A model generated the notes under the pieces. That model did no database searches. It was not told the DNA's origin and saw nothing but the letters and a program-made list of their open reading frames with translations. From Acidiphilium sp. (GTDB taxonomy: Bacteria; Pseudomonadota; Alphaproteobacteria; Acetobacterales; Acetobacteraceae): 64,000 nt of DNA. The position numbers and the translations under genes were made by a program. Location: assembly GCF_049977125.1 (NCBI RefSeq), contig NZ_JBMFGY010000005.1, positions 5,965-69,964 on the forward strand, given 5' to 3'. Positions 53,558 to 62,441 of the stretch are shown in pieces. The first letter of the stretch is position 1. Each line of letters starts with the position of its first letter.

Positions 53558-54775
53558 ATGTCCACTGCTCCGATCGCCCTGGTGCCGCCCGCCACAATAT
53601 CGCCGCCGACCACCCGTCACCTCGCGCTACTGCTTGGGTTTCTGATCGCGATCGGTCCGGTCTCGGTCGATATGTATCTGCCGGCTTTCCCGACCATCGC
53701 GAGGGATTTTCATGATCCCGCGGCACCTGGATTGACTCTCGCGGCCTATTTCGCTGGTTTGGCCATCGGGCAGATGACCCAGGGGCCGTTCTCCGACCGA
53801 ACCGGTCGACGGTTACCCATCCTGATCGGTCTGACCATATACACCCTTGCCTCGCTCGGATGCGCCCTGGCTTGGAGTACCGATTCGCTCATCGGCTTCC
53901 GTCTGCTTGCGGCATTCGGCGGCTCCGCTTCCGTGGTGGTGCCCCGCGCAATGGTGCGTGACGTGGCAGACGGACCGGCCGCGGCAATGCTATTTTCCAA
54001 GCTGATGCTTGTGATGGGCGTCGCCCCGATCATCGCGCCAATTCTGGGCAGCGCAATCGTGTCGGTCGGCTCCTGGCGCTGGATTTTCGTCCTCGCGGCG
54101 GCTTATGGCGTCATCGCCCTGGCGTTGGTCTGGTTCAAACTGCCCGACACGCTGGCAGCCGGTCGACGCAGCATGGTCGGATTTCGCTCGATTCTGGTCC
54201 GCTATGGCCATATCGCCAGTGATCGGGGATTTCTGACCAATGCTCTGACCGGCACATTCGCGATCGGGGCCTTGTTCGCCTATCTCACAGGGACGCCCGG
54301 CGTTTTCATCGGTGAGTTTCACTGGCAACCGCTCAGCTATGCTGCCCTGTTCGGCATGAATGCGGCTCTCTATATCGGTTTCAATCAATGGAACCCCCAT
54401 CTGGTGGCCCGGTTCGGGCTGCGGCCGGTGGTCACGACGGCGATTGCGCTGTTGCTCATTGGCACGCTGGCACTGACCATCGGCGCCATGAGCAATGCCG
54501 GTCCGATCGCGATCATCGGCGCGCTCCTGATCTGCCAGGCGAGTTACGGCTTCGCGCTGCCGAGCACCATGGTTGCGGCATTGTCGCGCCATCAGGCCCA
54601 TGCTGGGTCGGCCTCGGCGTTGATGGGGACTTGGCAGTATCTGGGGGGCGCAATCGCTGGGTCGCTGGTCGGTGGTTTTGCCGACGGAACCGCGCGGCCA
54701 ATGGCGCTCACCATGCTCGGCTGTGCCGTGCTGGCCTTGGGGACTGGCGCATTCCGGCCGCAAAACCTGCTCTGA
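53558..54775 (+). CDS. MFS transporter, Bcr/CflA drug-resistance subfamily
   Basis: 405 aa with 12 TM helices. It has VDMYLPAFP and GPFSDRTGRR, typical of Bcr/CflA. Confidence 0.82.
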   Translation: MSTAPIALVPPATISPPTTRHLALLLGFLIAIGPVSVDMYLPAFPTIARDFHDPAAPGLTLAAYFAGLAIGQMTQGPFSDRTGRRLPILIGLTIYTLASLGCALAWSTDSLIGFRLLAAFGGSASVVVPRAMVRDVADGPAAAMLFSKLMLVMGVAPIIAPILGSAIVSVGSWRWIFVLAAAYGVIALALVWFKLPDTLAAGRRSMVGFRSILVRYGHIASDRGFLTNALTGTFAIGALFAYLTGTPGVFIGEFHWQPLSYAALFGMNAALYIGFNQWNPHLVARFGLRPVVTTAIALLLIGTLALTIGAMSNAGPIAIIGALLICQASYGFALPSTMVAALSRHQAHAGSASALMGTWQYLGGAIAGSLVGGFADGTARPMALTMLGCAVLALGTGAFRPQNLL

Positions 54776-54796
54776 AAATGCTATAGGATCATCATC

Positions 54797-55540
54797 ATGA
54801 CCAGTATCATCGGGATTCCCGCCTGCACCAAGATGATTGCCAACCACCACCAGCATGCCACGCCGGCGCGCTACGGCGAGGCGCTGATTCGCGCTGCCGA
54901 CGCAGTGCCGCTACTGATCCCGCCCGAAGGCGAACGGATGCTGGCCGTGCTCGACCGGCTGGACGGCCTACTCGTCAACGGCAGTCCGAGCAACGTAATG
55001 CCGACCCGCTATGGCGTGGCAGGTGATGAAACACCCGACGCGCACGACCCCGACCGCGACGCCACCACTCTGCCGCTGATCCGGGCTGCGATCGCGCGCG
55101 GCATGCCGGTGCTGGGAATCTGCCGCGGTCTGCAGGAGCTGAATGTTGCGTTCGGTGGCACACTGCACCAGCAGGTCCATACACTGGCCGGGCGATTGGA
55201 TCATCGCGGCGGCATCGGCACCAGGGCCGAGCAATATGCGGTGCGCCACATTGTTACCCTCAGCGGCAGTCTCGCACGGATCTGCGGTGCTGAAAGCATC
55301 ATGGTGAATTCGCTGCATGGCCAGGCGATCGATCGATTGGCTCCGGGTCTGGCGGTCGAGGCGGTGGCGCCCGATGGCACGATCGAGGCGGTGCGCGTCG
55401 AAGCCGCCCGCAATTTCGCCCTGGCGGTGCAGTGGCATCCGGAGTGGGATGTACTCGGCGCGCCGGATCGACAGCGCCTGTTTGCCGCGTTCGGCGCGGC
55501 CTGCACCGCTTATCGGAACCGGGAAGCCCAGGCGGCCTGA
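54797..55540 (+). CDS. Gamma-glutamyl-gamma-aminobutyrate hydrolase family (class I glutamine amidotransferase, PuuD-like)
   Basis: 247 aa with the nucleophile elbow GICRGLQELN and QWHPEW. Confidence 0.78.
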   Translation: MTSIIGIPACTKMIANHHQHATPARYGEALIRAADAVPLLIPPEGERMLAVLDRLDGLLVNGSPSNVMPTRYGVAGDETPDAHDPDRDATTLPLIRAAIARGMPVLGICRGLQELNVAFGGTLHQQVHTLAGRLDHRGGIGTRAEQYAVRHIVTLSGSLARICGAESIMVNSLHGQAIDRLAPGLAVEAVAPDGTIEAVRVEAARNFALAVQWHPEWDVLGAPDRQRLFAAFGAACTAYRNREAQAA

Positions 55541-55594
55541 CTTTTGCCGTGAGCCGGTCTATATAGGCCTTATCATATCCCAGGAGCCTCGATC

Positions 55595-56065
55595 ATGGAC
55601 ATCCAGACCATCGACAACCAATATTCCCAATTGCAATCCCAGTCGCAGCAGACCGTCGAATCGCTCAAGGGTCTGGCCACCAAGCTACAGGCGGCATCGC
55701 AATCGGGTAATCAGGACGCGCGCGAATGGATGCTCGACCTGAAAGAGATCGCTTTGGCGATGCAAGCCGAACAAAATCAGGTCGCCGCTCTTCTGCAAGC
55801 TCTGCATGGCTTCGTCGCCAATCAGTCCCAGCAGATGAGTTCGGTGCCGCAAACCCAACAACAGGGTCAACAACCCTGGGGCGCACCGCAGCAGCAAGGC
55901 TATCCCCCTCAAGGTTATCCTCAACAGGGCTATCCTCAGCAGGGCTACCCGCCGCCGCCGCAGGGCGGCATCCTTGGTGGGTTTCTGAACTCTGGCTTTG
56001 GCCGCGCAATCACCATGGGAGCTGGTTTCGGCATCGGCGACAGCATCATCAACGATATCTTCTGA
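55595..56065 (+). CDS. Hypothetical Gln-rich protein with QGYP repeats and a glycine-zipper C-terminus
   Basis: 156 aa. A CAGGAG SD lies 8 nt upstream. It has a helical Q-rich N-half, then (Q)QGYP x4 (DNA 55889-55969), then GGILGGFLNSGFGRAITMGAGFGIGDSII. I recognised no family. Confidence 0.6.
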   Translation: MDIQTIDNQYSQLQSQSQQTVESLKGLATKLQAASQSGNQDAREWMLDLKEIALAMQAEQNQVAALLQALHGFVANQSQQMSSVPQTQQQGQQPWGAPQQQGYPPQGYPQQGYPQQGYPPPPQGGILGGFLNSGFGRAITMGAGFGIGDSIINDIF

Positions 56066-56074
56066 CCGAACCCG

Positions 56075-56944
56075 ATGAACTGGCTCACTGAATTCGTTCG
56101 CCCGCGCGTCCGCACGTTGCTTGGGCGCAAAGAGGCTCCGGATAATCTCTGGCACCAATGTCCCTCGTGCCAACAGATGATCTTTCACCGCGAACTCGAG
56201 GCTGCCCAGAAGGTCTGCCCGCATTGTGGCCACCACATGCGCGCCACCGCGGCCGAACGCTTGAGCTGGACCTTCGATGACGGGGCGTTCACGCGAATTG
56301 AGTTGCCGAAAGTGCCGGCCGATCCGCTCAAATTCCAGGACAAGAAACGCTATTCCGATCGTCTGTCCGAGTCCCGCAAGAAAACCGGGATGGATGATGC
56401 CGTACTGGTCGCGCATGGCAGCATCGGCGGGCATAAGGCCGTCGTCGCGGCGATGGATTTCCGCTTCATGGCTGGCTCGATGGGGGCTGCGACCGGCGAG
56501 GCTCTGGTCGCCGCCGCACGGCTTGCCGTGCTGCAACGGGCGGCGCTGATCATCTTCACCGCGTCGGGCGGCGCACGAATGCAAGAAGGCCCGATCAGCC
56601 TGATGCAGATGCCGCGTAGCATCATTGCGGTTCAGATGGTCCGTGAAGCCGGGCTGCCCTATATCGTTGTATTGACCGACCCTACGACGGGCGGCGTTTC
56701 CGCTTCCTTCGCCATGCTCGGTGATATCCAGATCGCGGAACCCAATGCCTTGATCGGTTTCGCCGGCGCTCGGGTGATCGAGGAGACCATCCGCGAAAAA
56801 TTGCCGCCCGGCTTTCAGCGGGCGGAATATCTACTCGAACACGGCATGATCGACATGGTCACCCCGCGCGGCGAACTCGCCGCAACCCTCGGCCGTTTGC
56901 TCGGTCTTTTGAACGTGCGACGGGCGGAGCCGCTGGCGGCGTGA
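56075..56944 (+). CDS. accD: Acetyl-CoA carboxylase carboxyltransferase subunit beta
   Basis: 289 aa with the Zn ribbon CPSCQQ...CPHCGHH and FMAGSMG. Confidence 0.93.
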   Translation: MNWLTEFVRPRVRTLLGRKEAPDNLWHQCPSCQQMIFHRELEAAQKVCPHCGHHMRATAAERLSWTFDDGAFTRIELPKVPADPLKFQDKKRYSDRLSESRKKTGMDDAVLVAHGSIGGHKAVVAAMDFRFMAGSMGAATGEALVAAARLAVLQRAALIIFTASGGARMQEGPISLMQMPRSIIAVQMVREAGLPYIVVLTDPTTGGVSASFAMLGDIQIAEPNALIGFAGARVIEETIREKLPPGFQRAEYLLEHGMIDMVTPRGELAATLGRLLGLLNVRRAEPLAA

Positions 56945-58236
56945 GCCTGATGCGCTCGCGAATCGATCACCGGATTGAGCGTCTACATACGCTCTATCCG
57001 CGATTGATCGACCTGCGGCTCGAACGGCTGGAGCGACTTCTTGCCGCTCTCGGCCATCCCGAACGTCAGTTGCCGCCGACCATCCACGTCGCCGGCACCA
57101 ACGGCAAGGGCAGCACCTGCGCCTTCCTCCGTGCTATCGCCGAGGCCGCCGGGTTACGCGCCCATGTCTATATCTCGCCGCATCTGGTGCGCTTCAACGA
57201 GCGCATCCGCCTCGCCGGCAATCTGGTGACGGATGAAGCGCTCGATGATGCATTGGCCGAGATCGAACGCGTCAACGACGCGGCTCCGATTACCGTGTTC
57301 GAGGCCATCACCGCGGCGGCATTCGTGCTGTTCGCCCGCAACCCTGCCGATCTTGCGATCATCGAAGTTGGGTTGGGCGGCAAATTCGATGCCACCAATG
57401 TCATCCCTCCCCCGCTGGTCGCCGCGATCACGGCCATCTCGCTCGATCATCGTGAATTCTTCGGCGACACCGAAGCCCTGATCGCGCTCGAAAAATCGGG
57501 AATCATCAAACCTGGATCGCGCGTGATCACCGGCCAGCAACCACCTGACGTGCTCGACGTGATCACAGCGACCGCGCAGGTCCACGCGGTGCCCCTTTTG
57601 GCGCGCGGGCGTGACTGGCAGGTCAACCCAACGACCGATGGATTCCTCTTCCGCGATGCGTCCGTCGCCTTGTCCTTGCCGCCCCCCGCCCTGCACGGCG
57701 CACACCAGATGGATAACGCCGGCATCGCTATCGCCGCCCTTCGCAGCAGTGGCCTGATCGTCCCCGATCACGCCTATGCCCAGGGTATGCGTGACGTCGA
57801 ATGGCCGGCGCGGATGCAGCAGATCGGCGCACCCCTCGCCAATCTGCTGCCCGTCGGTTCCAGCCTGTGGCTCGATGGTGCTCATAATCCAGGTGGCGCC
57901 ACCGCGATCGCCGATGCCCTGCAAGCGTTCGACGGCCCGACCCATCTGGTGGTCGGTATGAAGCAAGCTAAGGATTGCGCTGAATTCCTGCGCATCGTCG
58001 CCCCTTTCGCCGCCAGTATCCAAGCCGTGGCCGAGCCTGACCAGCATCTGGCACTCCCGGTCGAACAAATCGTCGTCGCCTCGGGAGGCATTGCCCGCCC
58101 GGGCCCCACGGTCGACGCCGCCTTGCGTCATCTGGCGATCGATGATGAGCCGAAACGCGTATTGATCTGCGGCTCGCTCTACCTCGCCGGCGTGATCCTG
58201 GCACGATTGGATCGATCAGGTACCGCACCCCTCTGA
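56941..58236 (+). CDS. folC: Bifunctional folylpolyglutamate synthase/dihydrofolate synthase
   Basis: 431 aa with the P-loop HVAGTNGKGST. The GTG start overlaps the accD TGA. The ATG at 56950 is an alternative start. Confidence 0.88.
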   Translation: MSLMRSRIDHRIERLHTLYPRLIDLRLERLERLLAALGHPERQLPPTIHVAGTNGKGSTCAFLRAIAEAAGLRAHVYISPHLVRFNERIRLAGNLVTDEALDDALAEIERVNDAAPITVFEAITAAAFVLFARNPADLAIIEVGLGGKFDATNVIPPPLVAAITAISLDHREFFGDTEALIALEKSGIIKPGSRVITGQQPPDVLDVITATAQVHAVPLLARGRDWQVNPTTDGFLFRDASVALSLPPPALHGAHQMDNAGIAIAALRSSGLIVPDHAYAQGMRDVEWPARMQQIGAPLANLLPVGSSLWLDGAHNPGGATAIADALQAFDGPTHLVVGMKQAKDCAEFLRIVAPFAASIQAVAEPDQHLALPVEQIVVASGGIARPGPTVDAALRHLAIDDEPKRVLICGSLYLAGVILARLDRSGTAPL

Positions 58237-58283
58237 CCTCTGGCGCTCGATATATATTTTTGGCTATAACGGGAGGAATGACA

Positions 58284-59360
58284 ATGACCGCGACCACCAT
58301 GAAAGCCTGGGCCGTCGTCGCGAATGGTGCCCCGCTTGCCGAAATCGACCTGCCGATGCCCGAACCGCAGGGCAGTGAAATCCTGCTCGAAGTCACCCAT
58401 TGCGGCGTCTGCCACTCTGATCTGCATCTCTGGGACGGGTATTACGACCTCGGCAGCGCCGGGCGGTTCGACATCATTCAGCGTGGCATCGCGCTGCCCT
58501 TGGCACTCGGTCATGAAATCGTCGGCCGGGTCGTAAAACTGGGGCCGGAGGCATCGGGTGTCACGCCCGGCGACATCCGCATCGTCTATCCCTGGATCGG
58601 TTGCGGCACCTGCGCGCGCTGCATGGCCGGCGAAGATAATCTCTGCACCAAGCAGCGCTCGCTGGGTATCTACCAGCACGGCGGTTTTGCCACCCATGTG
58701 ATCGCCGCGCATGCCCGCCATCTGATCGACCCCGGCGATATCGATCCGGCGCTGGCCGCTACCTATGCCTGTTCGGGCATTACGGTATTCGCCGCGATCC
58801 GCAAGGTGATGCCTCTGCCGCCGGACGCGCCGATCGTGCTGATCGGCGCCGGCGGCCTGGGCCTGTCTGCGATCGCGGTGCTCCGGGCACTGGGTCATCG
58901 GGCGATCGTCAGCGTCGATACCAGCGCCGCCAAACGCGCCACGGCGGCTTCAGCGGGAGCCACCGCCACAGTTGATGGTCTGGCAGAGCGGCTCGATAAA
59001 GCCATCATCGCCGCCTGCGGTGGTCAGCCGATCGCCATCATTGATCTGGTCAACGGCTCCGGCACCGCGAGGGCTGCCCACGCCGCGTTGGCCAAAGGCG
59101 GCAAATTGGTCATGGTCGGGCTGTTCGGCGGTGAGTTAACCCTGCCCCTGCCGTTCATGCCGATGCGCGCACTAACCATCCAGGGCAGTTTCGTCGGCAC
59201 ACCCGGCGATCTGCAGGATCTGGTCGACCTCGCGCAAGGTGGTGGCCTGCCGGCGCTGCCAATCGAAACCATGCCCCAGCGCGACGCCAACGCCGCGCTA
59301 AATCGACTGAAGGATGGCACCGTCACGGGTAGACTCGTGCTCGTCGCCGTGCCGTCTTGA
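58284..59360 (+). CDS. Zinc-dependent alcohol dehydrogenase family oxidoreductase
   Basis: Has CGVCHSDLH, GHEIVGRV and the structural Zn motif CGTCARCMAGEDNLC. I chose the ATG at 58284, 7 nt after the GGAGG core of a GGGAGG SD. The ORF-track start at 58260 is a TTG. Confidence 0.85.
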   Translation: MTATTMKAWAVVANGAPLAEIDLPMPEPQGSEILLEVTHCGVCHSDLHLWDGYYDLGSAGRFDIIQRGIALPLALGHEIVGRVVKLGPEASGVTPGDIRIVYPWIGCGTCARCMAGEDNLCTKQRSLGIYQHGGFATHVIAAHARHLIDPGDIDPALAATYACSGITVFAAIRKVMPLPPDAPIVLIGAGGLGLSAIAVLRALGHRAIVSVDTSAAKRATAASAGATATVDGLAERLDKAIIAACGGQPIAIIDLVNGSGTARAAHAALAKGGKLVMVGLFGGELTLPLPFMPMRALTIQGSFVGTPGDLQDLVDLAQGGGLPALPIETMPQRDANAALNRLKDGTVTGRLVLVAVPS

Positions 59361-60256
59361 TCGACAAACTCGGCTACCTGCTCGCGCTGGCGCGCGAAAA
59401 GCATTTCGGCCGGGCGGCGGAAACCTGCGGCGTCACCCAGCCGACGTTTTCCGCCGGCATCCGCGTACTCGAGGAAACCCTCGGCATGCCGCTGGTCGAG
59501 CGATCCTCACGGTTCCAGGGCTTCACCCCCGAAGGCGAACGGGTGCTTGACTGGGCGCGCCGCATTGTCGGCGACATGCAGGCGATGCGAGCGGATATCG
59601 TTGCGCTCAAGCGCGGCCTGTCCGGCCTGCTCAGGATCGCTGCGATCCCGACCGCGCTTGCAACGATCGCGGAGCTCACCACCCCGTTTCGCGCGCAGCA
59701 TCCGGCAGTGCGCTTCTCGATCCAGTCCTGCACCTCCAATGAGGTGCTGCGGCGGTTGAACAATTTCGAGGTCGATGCCGGTGTGACCTATCTCGACAAC
59801 GAACCGATCGGTCGCAATCGGGTGGTGCCCCTTTATCAGGAACGCTACCGGCTGCTCACTGCCGCCGACGCCCCTCTCGGTCAGCACGAAAAAGTGACTT
59901 GGGCCGAGCTTGGCCAAATCCCCCTATGTCTGCTGACTCCTGACATGCAGAACCGCCGCATCCTCGATCGGCTGTTGCATAATGCCGGCGTCGATCTGCT
60001 GCCGACGCTCGAGAGCAACTCAATTGTAGTGCTGGTCAGCCATGTTCAAACCGGCCGATGGGCCTGCGTTCTGCCGGAAAAACTGGCACAGATTTTCGGC
60101 CTGACTGCCCGACTGCGCGCGATCCCGATCGTCGCACCGGAGGAAGTCTACACCGTCGGCCTCGTGCTCCCCGACCGTGAGCCGATGCTGCCCCTGGTCG
60201 CTGCACTGGTCCAGATCGCCACTCAGCACGCCAGCATCCTGGCTGATACCGTTTGA
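59357..60256 (+). CDS. LysR-family transcriptional regulator (possible formate dehydrogenase regulator, FdsR-like)
   Basis: 299 aa with an N-terminal HTH (LLALAREKHFGRAAETCGVTQPTFSAGIRVLEETLG). The only start at the right place is the TTG at 59357, which overlaps the ADH TGA (TTGA). It lies immediately upstream of fdsG. Confidence 0.82.
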   Translation: MIDKLGYLLALAREKHFGRAAETCGVTQPTFSAGIRVLEETLGMPLVERSSRFQGFTPEGERVLDWARRIVGDMQAMRADIVALKRGLSGLLRIAAIPTALATIAELTTPFRAQHPAVRFSIQSCTSNEVLRRLNNFEVDAGVTYLDNEPIGRNRVVPLYQERYRLLTAADAPLGQHEKVTWAELGQIPLCLLTPDMQNRRILDRLLHNAGVDLLPTLESNSIVVLVSHVQTGRWACVLPEKLAQIFGLTARLRAIPIVAPEEVYTVGLVLPDREPMLPLVAALVQIATQHASILADTV

Positions 60257-60275
60257 TAGACAGTCTCTATCAAAC
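60251..60275. promoter_or_regulatory. Perfect 10-bp-arm palindrome containing a T-N11-A LysR-type box
   Basis: GTTTGATAGA-cagtc-TCTATCAAAC. The inner TAGACAGTCTCTA fits the T-N11-A pattern with dyad symmetry. It overlaps the LysR stop codon and lies about 130 nt upstream of fdsG. It could instead be a terminator hairpin. Confidence 0.4.
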
Positions 60276-60402
60276 GATCCAGTAATCAGCTTGTTTCCTT
60301 TTGTGAATTGCGGATATTATTCATCCAATCTTAAATCGCTTTGACGTATCTTACCCTGGTCCCCAACGAGATCGGGGCTGACGGATCGGGAATGAAACAT
60401 CC

Positions 60403-60879
60403 ATGACCACACGGCGACCATCGGCCTGGGATAGCACGACAGCGCGCGCAATTATCGAATCGTACGCCGGACGGGAGGGATCGATGCTACCGATTCTGCA
60501 TTCATTGCAGGCGGAATTCGGGTTCGTCCCGCGCGAGGCGGAACCGCTGATCGCTGACTCACTCAATCTCAGCCGTGCCGAGGTTCATGGTGTAATCAGT
60601 TTCTATCACGATTTCCGCCGCAACCCCGCCGGTCGCCACATTCTAAAACTATGCCGCGCCGAGGCCTGTCAGGCGATGGGGTCGGAAGCGACCGCACAGC
60701 AAGTGCTCGACGCGCTAGGTCTCGATTGGGGTGAAACCACTCCGGATGGCCGGATCACGGTGGAGCCAATCTATTGTCTCGGTCTGTGCGCCACTGCACC
60801 GAGCGCCCTGTTCGACGGCGAACCAATTGGCCGGATCAACGCCTCCTTGATCCACCATCTGGTGCAGGAGGTGGCCTGA
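60403..60879 (+). CDS. fdsG: NAD-dependent formate dehydrogenase gamma subunit (NuoE-like 2Fe-2S)
   Basis: 158 aa with a NuoE-type Cys pattern (LCRAEACQAMG ... CLGLCATAP). Confidence 0.85.
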   Translation: MTTRRPSAWDSTTARAIIESYAGREGSMLPILHSLQAEFGFVPREAEPLIADSLNLSRAEVHGVISFYHDFRRNPAGRHILKLCRAEACQAMGSEATAQQVLDALGLDWGETTPDGRITVEPIYCLGLCATAPSALFDGEPIGRINASLIHHLVQEVA

Positions 60880-62429
60880 TGAAAATTTTTATCCCCCAGG
60901 ACATGGCCGCCGTTGCTCTCAGCGCCGATCGGGTTGCCATTGCCATTGAGGCTGAGGCGCGGTCGCGCAACATTCCCGTCACCATCGTGCGCAACGGTTC
61001 GCGCGGAATGTTCTGGCTCGAACCATTGGTCGAAGTCGCGACCGCGTCCGGGCGAATCGGCTACGGTCGGGTCTCTGTCGGCGACGTTCCTGCCCTGTTT
61101 GAGGCACGATTCTTCGAAGGGGCGCCACACCCTTGCTGCGTCGGCCACATCGAGGCGATTCCGTTCTTTGCTAAACAGACCCGCTTTACCTTCCTCCGCG
61201 CCGGCGTGATCGACCCATTATCCCTCGATGACTACCGCCATCACGGCGGCTATCGCGGGCTCGACGCAGCCCTTACCCTCGGCCCGGCCGCGATCATCGC
61301 CGCGGTCAAGGCCTCCGGTCTGCGGGGCCGCGGTGGTGCCGGCTTCCCCACCGGCATCAAATGGGAGACCGTCGCGCGCACCGCTGCCGAGCGAAAATTC
61401 ATCGTCTGCAATGCCGATGAGGGCGATTCCGGCACTTTTGCCGATCGTTTGATCATGGAGGCCGATCCCTTCGTGCTGATCGAGGGCATGACGATCGCGG
61501 GCATCGGCGTTGGCGCCACCAGAGGCTACATTTACATCCGGTCCGAATATCCCTTCGCGATCCGCATGATGGAACGAGCCATCGGAATCGCAAAACGTGC
61601 CGGACTACTCGGAGCCGCAATCGCCGGCAGCAGCCACGAGTTCCACCTCGAAGTCCGCGTCGGCGCTGGCGCTTATGTCTGCGGCGAGGAAACCGCGCTG
61701 CTCGAAAGTATCGAGGGCAAACGCGGCCAAGTCAGGGCGAAACCACCCCTACCCGCGATCAAGGGGTTATTCGGCCAACCGACCATCATCAACAACACGA
61801 TCAGCCTCGCCAGCATCCCCTTCATCCTCGCCGAAGGAGCGCAGCGCTACGCCGAGATCGGCTACGGTCGCTCGCGCGGCACCATGCCGGTGCAGCTCGC
61901 CGGCAATATCCGCCATGGCGGGTTGTTCGAATGCGCCTTCGGCATCACCCTCGGCGAATTGATCGAGGATGTCGGCGGCGGCACCGCCTCTGGCCGCCCG
62001 GTCCGCGCGGTCCAGGCCGGCGGCCCGCTCGGCGCCTATTTCCCCCCCTCGCTGTTCGACACCCCCTACGACTACGAAGCCTTCGCCAAGCGCGACGGCC
62101 TGATCGGCCACGGCGGCCTCGTCCTGTTCGACGATACCGCCGACATGGCCAAAATGGCCCGGTTCGCCATGGCATTCTGCGCCCACGAATCCTGCGGCAA
62201 ATGCACCCCCTGCCGGATCGGCGCGGTCCGCGGCGTCGAAACCTTCGATAAGATCGCCGCCGGCATCGAACCCGAGAAAAACCTCGCCCTGGTGCGCGAC
62301 CTTTGCGAGACCATGAAGCTCGGCTCGCTCTGCGCCCTCGGCGGCTTCACCCCCTACCCGGTGCTCAGCGCGCTGAACCATTTCCCCGAGGATTTCGCGG
62401 CGAAACCACTCCCTCTGGCCGCCGAATAA
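60879..62429 (+). CDS. fdsB: NAD-dependent formate dehydrogenase beta subunit (NuoF-like)
   Basis: The ORF was trimmed to the ATG at 60879 (MKIFIPQDMAAVAL...), which overlaps the fdsG TGA by 1 nt. It has [16 protein letters not shown] and ESCGKCTPCR. Length is 516 aa. Confidence 0.88.
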   Translation: MKIFIPQDMAAVALSADRVAIAIEAEARSRNIPVTIVRNGSRGMFWLEPLVEVATASGRIGYGRVSVGDVPALFEARFFEGAPHPCCVGHIEAIPFFAKQTRFTFLRAGVIDPLSLDDYRHHGGYRGLDAALTLGPAAIIAAVKASGLRGRGGAGFPTGIKWETVARTAAERKFIVCNADEGDSGTFADRLIMEADPFVLIEGMTIAGIGVGATRGYIYIRSEYPFAIRMMERAIGIAKRAGLLGAAIAGSSHEFHLEVRVGAGAYVCGEETALLESIEGKRGQVRAKPPLPAIKGLFGQPTIINNTISLASIPFILAEGAQRYAEIGYGRSRGTMPVQLAGNIRHGGLFECAFGITLGELIEDVGGGTASGRPVRAVQAGGPLGAYFPPSLFDTPYDYEAFAKRDGLIGHGGLVLFDDTADMAKMARFAMAFCAHESCGKCTPCRIGAVRGVETFDKIAAGIEPEKNLALVRDLCETMKLGSLCALGGFTPYPVLSALNHFPEDFAAKPLPLAAE

Positions 62430-62441
62430 AGGAACACACCC

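Noticed and set aside
55685-56584. 299-aa minus-strand ORF overlapping the Q-rich gene and accD
   Set aside because: accD is certain on the plus strand. This ORF has no SD or motifs and is treated as a shadow ORF.
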